From positions 14,076,001 to 14,140,000 of the forward strand of contig OZ076409.1 of the NCBI GenBank assembly GCA_964187785.1: 64,000 nt of DNA, read 5' to 3'. This DNA comes from Amphiscolops sp. MND2022. Its lineage: Eukaryota. The notes under the pieces were generated by a model. It was given only the letters and a program-made list of their open reading frames with translations. It searched no databases and had not been told where the DNA came from. Every line of letters begins with the position of its first letter. Within the stretch, counting starts at the first letter, position 1. The translations under genes and the position numbers were made by a program. This document shows positions 51,001 through 62,635 of the stretch, in pieces.

Positions 51001-52399
51001 GTTTTTTTCGACTTTGTACTTTCATTTGGTCAAAGTGTACCCCTTGCTTTCATAGCACATTTCGGCTTGAGAAAAGCAGTTTCAGTTTCGCGAGCTGAAA
51101 CTCGTTTCGACAAAAATGGTAAAAGAGAAAATTGTAAAAGCTTGAAATTAGGTCTGTTTCAAAATTAGGAAAGTTGTGCAATCCCGGTTTGTTATATTAT
51201 TGTACATTGTTTCACCAGAAGTGTCAAAAATTGCAAATAGTTTTTGACAAGTTTAGGGTCAATTTGAGGAACTTTTCGAACATGAATCTACAGATGTCTC
51301 TTCAAAAATAGGCCTACTGGATACCAAGTTTAGCTGTTGTTGAATGTTTACACCATCTAACCCACGAGTAGCTCGAAACATCTTTCTTAGGAAGATGTAC
51401 TCCATTTCTAATGAATTTGCTTGGAGGTTTTTGAATGACAAATATTGGACAAATGAGGTTGAAATTTACGTTTTCAAGTAAAGTATTTGAAAGTTGTGCG
51501 AATAAACTTGTCTGATATCTTTACGGAACACTACCGGTAATTAGACGTTTCAATACTGAGCCTATGATATTTCTCATTGAAGTAATTTTTAGGAAAGTGT
51601 CCAAAATTGGGATTATGTTGTCGAAAATAAAGAAAGTTCAGAAAGTTTGACATCTTTGCTGTAAACTCGATGAACTTCATGCCTCTTTTTCCCACAATTG
51701 CGTTTTGAATACCTTTTTGCTTAAACGCTGGGGTCATTGGAATTTCTCTTCCTTAAAAACTTTCGTGGCTTGAACAAAAAATGGGATTAGTTTGTCAAAC
51801 AACGTGCTTTTTTGTTGTTTCATGGATTTTGGTTGTTTTTGAGACCAATTCTAACAAAACATGCAGTTATCTCTTGCAAATTGCCAACTGGAGATACCCG
51901 GATGAGTTAGTGTTGAGTGTTTAAAACCATTTTATGCAAGGAAGTAGTTCAAAAATCAACAAAAAACTGCCTGAAAATGTTAAAAAACTTGAAAATTTTC
52001 AGTTTTTCCAAAAATTGTGTCATTTTGAGGAAACTTCCGACCATAAATTAGGCATTCTTTAAAGCCGTGTTCCGGAACTAGTTTATCAACGCGAGCGTTT
52101 TGAACTTTTTAGTCTACCAAAATTTTCCAATATCAAAAAAAATCACTGAAAATGTGAGAAATCGACAAAACTTTTCAAGCTTTCGACTTTTTACGGTCAC
52201 TTTTCAGCCATTTTCCAACCGAAATCTGCAAATATTCCCTGAAAGCCTAATTGAATAAAAGTTCAGTCTTTGTTGAACGTTTGCTGACATTCTGACACCA
52301 AAATGATTCGAAAAGTACACAAGTTGCACAAAAACAAAGTTGAAATTATTCGACTCCTTTGGAGTCATTCTGAAGTGTTTGTGAAGCAAAACATGTAAT

Positions 52400-53640
52400 G
52401 TTTTCTTATAGAAAACATTGCATAGCTCGTTTTTCGTTGTTGAGTGGATTGCGAACTTAGAACAAAATCTTTCGAAAAATCGACAGAAATTGCATCAAAA
52501 ACGACCAAAACTTCCAAATTTTGACATCTCAGGTCAATTTGAGGCCCTTTTCTTTTACGAATTGAACTTTTCTCGTAACGAAAGCTCACCGAAACAACAA
52601 GTTTGCCCACGCCTTAAGCGTTTAAACACTGTAGTCCACGGAGTTTATCGATATTTTGACAAAAATTGAAGAAAAAAAAGGAATTTGATAATTTTTCGAA
52701 ACTTTGTCTTTTTCGATGTCGATTCCGGACAATTTCCTATTGAAAAACTGCATTTATCTTTTTTCTAAGCATATTGGACAACACTTATTTTCCTTGTTGA
52801 CCTTTTTCAACGTTCCAATTGACGAAGTCTGTCAAAAATTTGGAAAAAATGCATGAAATCTTTGAAAATTGGAAACTTTTGGGATTTTTGTCATTTCCGG
52901 TGTCAATTTGATACATTTTCAATCAGAACATCGCAAATATCTCTTCATTAAAGAATAAAGACTATGGGACGTACCAATTTTTTCATTGTTGACCCTTTAA
53001 AACATTCCAATCCACGAAGTCTGTGAAACTTTAACAAAAAATGCATAAAACTTTACTTTGAAAATTGGAAAATTTTGTGTTTTTTGTCAATTTCGGTGTC
53101 AATTTGAGACATTTTTATTTGGAAAAATGCAATAAACTCTTAAAAATGGTTACTGGACAACCAACGTTTTCCTTGTTGACCCCTTAAAACAATCCAAACC
53201 ACGAAGTCTCCAAAATTTGACGAAAATGCGTAGAAACTTTGAAAAATGGAAAATTTAGGGACTTTCGTCATTTTCGGTGTCAAGTTCAGATATTTTTCAA
53301 ATGAAAAACAGCCGTTATCTCTTCTGAAACGCCTACTGGACAACAAACTTGTACCATGTTCATCGTTTTTAACATTCTAGTCCTCAAATTCTATCGAAAA
53401 TATGACAAAAATTGCTTAAAAACGTTAAAAATCTGGAAATTTTTGGTTTTCTTTGTCTTTTCTGGGTCTTTTTTGTTCCAAAAAACCGCATTTATCTCTT
53501 CATAAACAACTACTGGACAACGAATTCTTGTCTTTGTGAATCTTTTCAACATTCTAATCCACGACATTTATCGGAAACTTGACAAAAATTGCATTAAAGC
53601 GTAAAAAAATGCAAATTTTCGCTTTTTGGGGTCATTTTTG
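52400..53640. repeat. Diverged tandem array, ~180-190-bp unit, at least 5-7 units
   Basis: TGGACAAC...TTGTTGACCCTT..AACATTCCAATCCACGAAGTCT...GGTGTCAATTTGA recurs at about 52774, 52965, 53153, 53336 and 53513; fainter units upstream. Confidence 0.85.
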
Positions 53641-53931
53641 AAATTTTTTTGGGGTCATTCTGGGGTCCTTGGGGTCAACTAAAAAAATCCGGAAATCTCC
53701 ACAAATACAAATCGCACGAAGCTAAATTTATGTGAGCTGAATTCTATGGGTGAAACGCTTTAGCTTTGATATAAATAAATTCTTGGCAAATTTTGTAAAA
53801 AAAAACCCGTTCGATTTAAATATTTTCCTTTCCCATATGAAATATGGGCGGAAAATAACAAGAAGGAGAGTAGATACGTTCTTAAGCAAAGTATGCAGAA
53901 TCATGGAGACATGGGTAGACGTATGGTTTAT

Positions 53932-54467
53932 GGATGCGGTACAAATTAGCCGTTTTTGCAAGGGACAAATTACCCGATTATCACAACGAACGAAATAGCC
54001 GTTTTTGAGAATGGAAAAAAACAATTTCTCAAACGGGACAAAATAACCGATTTTGAATATAAAAGAATGAGTAGACAAGCTGTATCCATCATTATTGTTA
54101 CCAAAAAAAACATTTTCGAATAGAAGCAACTCCTCATTATCCTGATTGATTTCGAAATGTAGTAATCTAATCACACTTGAGACGGAAAAATCAAAAACAA
54201 AGTATCCGGAGTTGAAGCTTCCGATATAACAAAATACTCAAATGTGGCATTTTTTGACACATTGCTGTTGTAACTTGGTAATTAGTGTTCTCTTTGTACT
54301 AATTATCTCTGAATATTGTGCCTACTTGATGTGTGAAGAATTCATAGGCTATTTTGTCCCATTTCAAAATCGGCTATAGAGTCCCATTTTGAAAATCGGC
54401 TGTTTTAACTCGTTTTAAAATCGGCTGTTTTAACTCGTTTTAAAATCGGCTGTTTTGTTCCTCTCCC
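53932..54467. mobile_element. MITE with TIRs built of ~25-bp tandem repeats
   Basis: Left GGGACAAAATA.CCGATTTT units are inverted relative to right AAAATCGGCTGTTTTGT.CC units. Confidence 0.68.
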
Positions 54468-57405
54468 ATGGTTCACAATTTACACCTAATTCGTTGGTTC
54501 TAATCACAGTTCAAACATTGTCCAATTCTCAAACTTATAAGAGGAGGGGTTTTACGTGCTTTTCTTCACTGAACCTCGGGAAGTTTGGCACGGCATGTTG
54601 GTTGCATTTTTTACAGATTGTTTTGATAAACATGGAAATGTTTGGAATGTTTTAAACACACCGGAAGTTTTCTTTGATTCCTGTTTAACTTTAGCCAAAC
54701 AAATTCCCACCCGAAAACTTCGTTTAGCGGAACTTTTCTGCTTAAATCTGTGCTTATCAGATGTTTGTTTTTGCGCAAATGATCAAAGGTTCTTCAGTTG
54801 CTTTTGAAGCTTCAATCTTTTCCTTGAAAATTGATACAACAAACGTTGGAAACAACGAACAGATTTTGCACATTTTTGCTAACTTTCAAGATAAGAAAAA
54901 ATGTAAAAGATTCGTTTTTCGAATCGCGTTTTGCAAGTATTTTGTTGGAAATGGAGCAATAATCGCAGTGACTACTTGAAATATATGTGAAATGGCGTCT
55001 CACGGTATGAAATATCTTTTTTGCTGTTTTCAAGTGAATGCTAATGGAATTGCAGTTTGCAACTGGCCATTATCGGCCCACTGTTAAATGACTTGTTCCC
55101 CCATAATTTGAAATATTAACTGTTTCTTTCCGCATATCGCTGTCCATCTATTTTTCTATAACAGACTTTTGTCTGATTTTTGAGTCTTCTGGGATTTTTA
55201 GCGTGTTTCGCAGCGTAATCGATTTCAACCTGTGTCAATGCATTTGAGCGTAATCTTAACTAATGTTAGTTAAAAGCTTCCTCTATTTAATGTCGCAACA
55301 ACCGCTAGCTAGTTCAAAACATTCTCTTTCAAAAATCGGTTGATTTATATTACTGGGAAATCGGGACTTTGATAACCCAAATTTAGAAACTAACTTCGCC
55401 AATGACGCAATATATAAAGTCTATGACGTACGTTATGTAATATTCTGAAAGTTTGACGCACTTTTATTATCATGATGTAACTTTCAGCGCGTGATTACTT
55501 CTCAAAACCAAATTTGTCAGAAAATTCTTTTTTTTTTCGTGTAGGTAGATTCCCATGTTCAAGAGGATGTCATTCATAAATGAAACTGAAATTCAAACTG
55601 GTGGATCAATGCTGTAGCATGAAATTCATGCATTTTGTCATGCTCAATTGATCGAATTTTTTGTTCAATCGGTTTTGTAAACCATTTTTTAGAGAGGAGC
55701 CATATTATTAACAGTTATATTGGTTATATTAACCAAAGAAGTTATATTAACCATACAGTATTTTTATTAACCAAGATTTTAGAGATGTTCCATACGTGAG
55801 TTTCCCATGACTTTTCAAGTATATATATTTATGTCTTGGTTCGAAACCCACTAACGTGGGAACTTGTAATGTGCGTAAGAAAATTGACAGTTCAGTCATT
55901 TCCTTTTTTGCATACAAAATGTGCAAATTCTGCTCCTTTCACAACACAATTTAATTCAAAACTGATTCATTTCCCCAATTTGGATTAGCACTGGCCTCTC
56001 GCTACTTGTTTCTCCTAACACCCAAGTCTCTCTCTTTCCTATCTTTCTTTCTTTGTTCCTTCAACTCTTTTCCTCATGCTTCCTCCTTTATAACGGTGCA
56101 CCAAATTTGAAAAGTTTCTTTCTTCATAGCTCTTTCAGTTCATTTTGGCAACGAGATGATACGGAAATTGAGTGCCGGTTGGGCCACTATAAGTGACAGT
56201 TGCATGATCAGTCTATGAATACCCCCTGTGCCGGCCTCCTTTTCCATACTTTTCCCTTCCCATCCTTACGTCATCGATATTTTTTGACCCGTCTCTTTTC
56301 AAGCGCCTCTTTTACAAAGGAAAATTTCATGCTTTTGGGGTTGAAGTCTTCGTTAACCCGTCGCTGCTGAGGATCATTATGTGCCAGGAAGAGAGCCAGT
56401 ATTTTTCCAGTCTTTGTTCAGCGATCACCCCCCCCCCCCCCTATCCTTTAATCCGGTCGTTTGGCTGAGATGGCAGCGATCCCATGTGGGCCAGTGGTTG
56501 GGGCTGGCTGGCTGTAAAACAGACACAATTGATATAAAAGCATTCAAGCTCTACCCGGCCCTAGTGTGTCCTCCGCCCACCCACGGATAGGCGTCTTTTT
56601 CCACCCGAGTTACTTCCCGCGCAATTTAATTTGCGCAAAAGTAAATCTTTTTAAGTGAGAAAGGTAATCTTCAAAAGTTGATATTTACACATATGAGTGT
56701 CGAGTTCAAAGCACAAAATATCCCAAATTAATATAATGCAGTCATACTGCCTTCTCTTTCTGAGTCTATAAACTTGGAGTGGAAGGGAGTTGTAAAAACA
56801 GCGATTCCCTTGCTTCTACCTCGTTGCTCCCCACAAAATTAATCGACGCACGCTTCCAAGGGCACCGCGTCTTTTCACAGGAAGGCTGACTGTTTTTATA
56901 TCTCGCATCGATCCCAGGTGTGCAATTCAGCCAAGATGCAGCGAAGTTGATTTTTGTCAATTTTTCTGCCTCAATTTCCATCAACCGCTTCAAATAAAGT
57001 GCACTTGATCTTCCTCATGCCTCCCATAAATTGTCAAATTTGGTTCCACGTGCTAAGATTATAACTATGGAAGTATAAGTCAGCTTAGACTTTCTAGATG
57101 CTCCCATTTCGATTGGGAATATCATTGACAATTACACTAGCAGCTCCAGCAAAGTCTTTATTGTGCAGAGTCTTTTGAATATGCTCAGGTGGGGGTTTGA
57201 AGAATCTTTTTTTTGAAAAATCTACATTCCTGAAATAATTCGAAAGGAGGCTTTTAACTCGAGTCTTCCGCGTTAATTTCTATAAAATAATTTTCACATG
57301 ACATCGGTGGCTTCATTATGGTAAATTTCAACTTTGGATCTGGCTATTGTGTACAATAACAAAGTCTTTCTGCTGTATGCAAGTCACCAAGGTAACGAAA
57401 ATTAC

Positions 57406-57527
57406 CACAGTGCCATTGCACTCCTTGACGTTCTGACCGTAACACCATAACCCCTCTGGGGGCATTGAGCAGCATTCATTCAAAACTTTGAGGGATCCAA
57501 ACTCCGATACCACCTTCTTCAGAGGAA
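57406..57527 (-). other. Candidate isolated exon of an unknown gene, pseudogene or TE
   Basis: TTTCAG acceptor, GTG|GTAATT donor, open frame PLKKVVSEFGSLKVLNECCSMPPEGLWCYGQNVKECNGTV; neighbouring segments have stops. Confidence 0.3.
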
Positions 57528-57834
57528 CTGAAACTAGGAGAGTTATAATAAACTAAAATTGAAATTAGCAATACACCGAGGAGTGATAATGAGTGGATAA
57601 AGTGGAAAATTGGATACCAACTGGGCTAATTAGTTGAATACCGGGATATATTCACGGTGAATTGTATACCGCTGAATTATTTTAGCAGCAACATATTTTG
57701 AAGGCTCAAGTTTTGTAAATAGAAAACTTATGCCTACAAAAACTTTATACCAAAAACTGCACAAAAAGTTCAAATAATAAAATTTTCGTCGTTTTTTTGC
57801 GCATTTTTCATTTCAGGTGCGTGTTTTTTAAAGA

Positions 57835-57879
57835 AATATATTCCTTTCCCATTTATGAAATATGGGCGGAAAATAAAAA
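57835..57879 (-). mobile_element. HINE family 2, isolated 5' terminus
   Basis: TTCCTTTCCCAT..ATGAAATATGGGCGGAAAATAA, nearly identical to 53825-53858. Confidence 0.65.
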
Positions 57880-58714
57880 GCTTCGAAGCATTATCAACAT
57901 CATCAATGTGTTCAATCTAAAACCTGCATCTTCTAGCAAGAGAAATCGCTCTATTTTTTCTTCAAAAGGAATATCAACAAACATGCCGAGCCCTTTTTTG
58001 TTTTGTTTTCTCTGTCGAACTATTGGTAAGAGTCATGAAAACTCTCAAATGAAATCTTTCACTAAAAAGAATAGCAACTTTGTTTAGAAGTTGATCAAGT
58101 TGATGGAGGGAAAATTATTTTGCCACTTAAGCATTGTGCTTCATTTAATGCAAGCCGGTGATAAACCAACCCTCCAATCACGTGAGAGCCGTAGGAACGC
58201 GTAGCAACAACTGAACTGCCTGGCAACAATGTTATCTGTGGAAACTTTGGCGCGGAGGTGGAGGCTAGATTACTTTGATGTTAAATTGTAAAATAAAGTT
58301 TTCATGAGGGAACGTGAATTGAAGCTTATCATAAAATTTTTTCGACACCTGATATATAGGAAATAAAAACGTGGCATTTGCCGCTTCCAATCTTTGGGCT
58401 CAGTGCACAATAACTACAGGCCCGTGAATATAACTCGATTAGTGGGCGTGAAAAGAATGGAAGGCGTGTATCCATTGTAATGAGCATTTAACCAACCTTG
58501 AGGAATGAGAGTGTCAAAAATGTTTACAAACTGGAAGTAATGGAATTCATAATGTTCCACGTTTCTTTTTGTCATATGTCTCACATGATTTCAAATTCGG
58601 TGTGAAAAAATTCCGATTTGAAGATACTACGAGATGTCATACCATTCTTGCCAATTTAACATCATTGGTCTATCATGGGCCCCAGTTTAGGTTGCGTTTT
58701 CTTGTCCCAACATG

Positions 58715-59053
58715 GTGCCGAAAAATTGAAAATTTTTTGAAAAGAAGTCGCATAGTGCCGAAAAATTGTAAAAGTGGGACCCTTTGGTCTCCCCCTACTT
58801 TCATAAACAAAAAATTTCTTGGTTTAGTGCGAGACTCGAACCCACTTACCCCTGCTTGTCAGACCTCGCTACAAGGACAAGAAATCCGCGTTAACCACTA
58901 GGTTTAAGTCAGTGAGAAGTCACCGACTTCGCTAAAATTGAAGAACTTTTGGCCGAACTATTTTGGCTAATTCAAGTATATCGAAAAAGAAAAAGTATAT
59001 CGAAATGCCTTGACTATGATCGCTCTTTTCTGAAGAAAAGCGCCGACTAAAAA
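58715..59053 (-). mobile_element. HINE family 1, copy L, 3'-truncated, with a tRNA-like internal segment
   Basis: AAGTCGCATAGTGCCGAAAAATTG...GGGACCCTTTGG body and AAAAGCGCCGACTAAAAA terminus. Confidence 0.75.
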
Positions 59054-61472
59054 TGATCAGTCAATGTTAAGCCCGAAATTACTGGAAACGCTATTGCGAA
59101 AGTAGGAAATGCGTCGAAAATTTCAGTGGAATGAATTAATCATGCTACAAACGTGACACGCTACATTATTTATATTACGAAAAATCTTATTAAACATGCC
59201 TTTCGTTGTACGATTCCTAGTTAGAATTGTCGCATGGGGTCTTTGATCGATACGATCATGCTGCCATCTTACTACGATTGACATCGTAGTCTGTGAGCGT
59301 GAACCTGAAAGTGTTCCGAACAACGAACGAGTATCCAAATGATTTTAATATTTTTTCATTTTCCGACATCTGTTTTCAAAACATTGAGCAAAATATCAAA
59401 ACCCTTAACCGCATTTTTTCCTACAATTCTCTCACTTTCTAGTAGCTACTTTGCTGAGATCATATGAGGTGAGGAGCCATTCTTGGAGCCCGCGTTTTTC
59501 ATCATTACATAAAAATTAGCTGCAGTTATTTACAATAGATAGTTAGGTCGAAATGGAAATAATGGAAACTTGACAATGAAAAACATCCAACTTTGATATG
59601 AATTTTGCATCTTTGTTAATATGTTTGCAACAATTAAAGACATTAAACAAATGAGCAATTGCCCTTGTTATAACAATTCTCCTTATTGTATTCTGAAAAG
59701 TTGCATGGAAACTTTATGAATACTCTATTATTGTATTTTGCTCATCAATTTTTCTACAGAACTTTTTTGCAATAACAAAAATTATGCAAGAAAAATTTTT
59801 TAACTATCTGCTTCCCTTTCAGGCACACCGAACTCTAAAAATGGAAGATTTTGTTTTTTTCTCAATAACAATAAAACGAATCTAATTTTTTTTTAAATTA
59901 CGTAGCTTTTGTGTGTTTTTTTTTAAAATTAACCTTTGTGTTTCTTCTATACGTATTCTACCATAAGGTCGTTTTGCAATCCCTTCACCCATTTTACACT
60001 AACAATTTTCCCATTTGATGGGTTTTTCTTTTCTCTTGTAGTGTGTTCATGTATTAATCATGTATTAAACTGTTGTTTTTCCTGCTGTAATTAAATGCAT
60101 AGTTTTCAAACCTTCCGGTCGTAACCTATATAACTCGAGTCTAATGATGCATTTAAACGACAAAGAGGTGCCACGGTATTTTTCAGCCCCATTGTTATCG
60201 TCTTATGATGTTACCCCATAGTATTTACAAACTGCTGCGGGGGTCTACCTTTCATTAAATTTGCACTTAGTTCCACAATCGCATACAAAAAAGAGATAAT
60301 TTTTTGTGTAATTTCAACATCTTTATTGGGTTTTCTTATTGCATAGATCAGCGACAGAGCCTTATGAATCATATTATTCATCACAGTTGTTTCAAAAGAA
60401 ACAGTTTTGATATTTTGAGACACTTTTTCCAAAAATATAACTTTACCACCTAAACGTTTCTTTAACGCATTGAAAAAGCACTTTCAAAACTGGTTGATTT
60501 GGTCATACGCTTTTTGGTTTAATCTTCTTAGCCTTTCATGGAGTTCCTATGGTGTTTGTTTTCAACAATGAACTCAAATGTCAGACTTCACAGTGCTTTG
60601 AAAAAGAAAAATGACGGCGTTTCGACAAAACTCAGAAGCAGACCGTGGAGTGATTGCGAGCATGCAAAAAAACCTGAAAAATTTCGGGAGCAACCCAAGT
60701 GTGAATTGCAGCTCATCGTCACCCCAGAGAAAATTAGCCCTGGAAAAAATGTTTGCCCTTTTTTCTCAAAAATCCAGACCGTTGCCATTTGAATTACCAT
60801 TTTAAATCTTATAAAATTAGTTGATATTTAGAGACATCCTAGACCATTATACAATTTTTTGGTACTTTTCCCGTTTTCCCCCAACTCTTTTGGAGTTTTT
60901 GTATTTTTCATTTTTCAATTTGAGAATCTGCATTAAATTTCTACTTTGTGTCGCGGAAATGAGTTTCTGCAATCGTTTCAATCCGATGCAGTTCAAAAGT
61001 GGATCTGACCGGAAGTTGCATGCCAACATTTTTAAAACGTTTTTTTTTCACTCTTCCAGCATAATGAATCTGTTAAAATTGGGAAATGGAAGATTGAGTC
61101 CCAAATGCAAAAAGCGACAATTGAGTCCTAAAATAAATTAAATTAAGGGGTCGACAATTGAGTCCCGCAACAATTGAGCCCCAAATAATTCAAATCCTTT
61201 AGAATAATGTTTAGTGCTAATTCTAGCATAATTAGCAAGACGTTTCTAGAATTTACCGACCAATATACTTGATTTCATTTCATATTAAACAACACTAATT
61301 AATTAAGTCAGTTAATTAAGGGACTAATTAAGTAATAATCACCTTTACTAACTCCGAAAATGCAGGTCAAAATTTGTTTCGGCCATTATACCAAACAATT
61401 TATTTGGGACTCAATTGTCGCTTTTTACATTTGGGACTCAATTGTTGGCATCTGGTAAGTTCATCAAAGCAA

Positions 61473-62635
61473 TTTATTATTTTCCGACCCCACATTTTAT
61501 AAATGGGGGAGGAAAATCATGATCTGTGACGCGTTTTTTAACAAATTTTGCCAAATCCCCACAATCTCTACCTTTTGATTACTTGACTATTTTATATAGC
61601 TACTGTGACGGCAAGCAGTTATCGGTCGCTTAACGCGTTAACAGAGGTGGAGGAACCTGCAGGAATGGGTGAATCGCTCGGGACAGGCGCCCATCGCCAC
61701 AGATCCATTTTGCCTCCAGGGGTGAAATACGTCCCGGGGCCGCGGGTGCTTCGACGAATACTGTCCAACCGGTCCTAGTCTTTGATTGCTAATAATAACG
61801 GGCATCTTTCTGGCTCTCTAAAGACCACCGCTTAACTAGCATATAAAAACAATGCCAAGAATAAGGTAAATTTCCAGTTCCAGGGTGACATGTGAATAAG
61901 ATCTAAAATTGGGGAATAAGATCTAAACTAGCGCTAGCGCTACTGAATACAGCCAAAATCACTGAAAATACATGAAAACAGGCACGAATATGGCAAACCA
62001 CACAGCTTAAAAGCTGGGGCGCAAGGGCTCCAAGCACCAAACAAAGACAATTAAGCAAAAAGACTCATTTTACCGGTTTCTGCTACATAGGGTAGCATAA
62101 TGCTGAAAATCGATAAAAACCGGGGTTAGCACCTCAAAAAGAGTCTATTCTCAGTCGTTCTTGCCGTCTCTGGCTTCTGTCATGGCGGCGCGCCCGTGTT
62201 TTTGCTCGTTCTTGCTCTTTGTTGTTGAAGTACCTGCCAATTTCGTGGAAACAGCGAAAAGAGCAATCACATGCTCAGTGCCACGTCACACATCGGATTA
62301 GAATTTTTGACAAAATTTCTGAACATGTCAAAGTTGCAAAATCGGTTGATATTGCTGTACCAGAGCTTGCCGTTACATACAAGTAACTAAAATAGTCAAG
62401 TAAGTAAAGTAGCATACAGCGGGAATAATATCTAAAGTCAAAAAAGGGAATAAGATCTAAAGGGAAAAAGATCTAAAAATTTCAGGACGGGAATAAGATC
62501 TAAAGGGAGTAAAATGTAAAATAACTAAATTTTAGATCTTATTCTGTACATCCTATTCCCACCTCCCAAAACTATGGCTCAGTTGGCGAAGGCGAACAGG
62601 GCGGAAAATATCCCGGTGCTTAGCGGGCGTCTTGT
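61473..62635 (+). mobile_element. HINE family 2, complete copy
   Basis: 5' TTTATTATTTTCCGACCCCACATTT..AAATGGGG; 3' GGGCGGAAAATAT-CCCGGTG-CT-TAGCGGG-CGTCTTGT; lies in a T run. Confidence 0.75.
61881..62555. mobile_element. TIR element with GAATAAGATCTAAA subterminal repeats, nested in the HINE-2 copy
   Basis: CAGGGTGAC..GAATAAGATCTAAAATT versus AATTTTAGATCTTATTC.GTACATCCTA; about 7 copies of the 14-bp motif. Confidence 0.65.

Larger units (their letters stand above)
50597..53860 (-). mobile_element. HINE family 2, putative 3.3-kb copy carrying a tandem array
   Basis: Left end ACAAGACG-CCCGCTG-AG-CAGCGGG hairpin plus subTIR TATTTTCCGCCC; right end CCCATAT..AATATGGG fold plus GGGCGGAAAATA (53846-53857). 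That both ends belong to one element is inferred. Confidence 0.6.

Noticed and set aside
52400..53640. Regularly spaced repeats as a possible CRISPR array
   Set aside because: Whole ~185-bp units are homologous with no unique spacers, there are no cas genes, and the context is eukaryotic.
57406..57527. Faint resemblance of MPPEGLWCY to the eRF1 VPPNGLVVY motif
   Set aside because: Too short, and no other eRF1 motif (NIKS, GGQ) found nearby.
58820..58905. Functional tRNA gene
   Set aside because: No acceptor-stem pairing or regular anticodon arm; kept only as a tRNA-like fragment.
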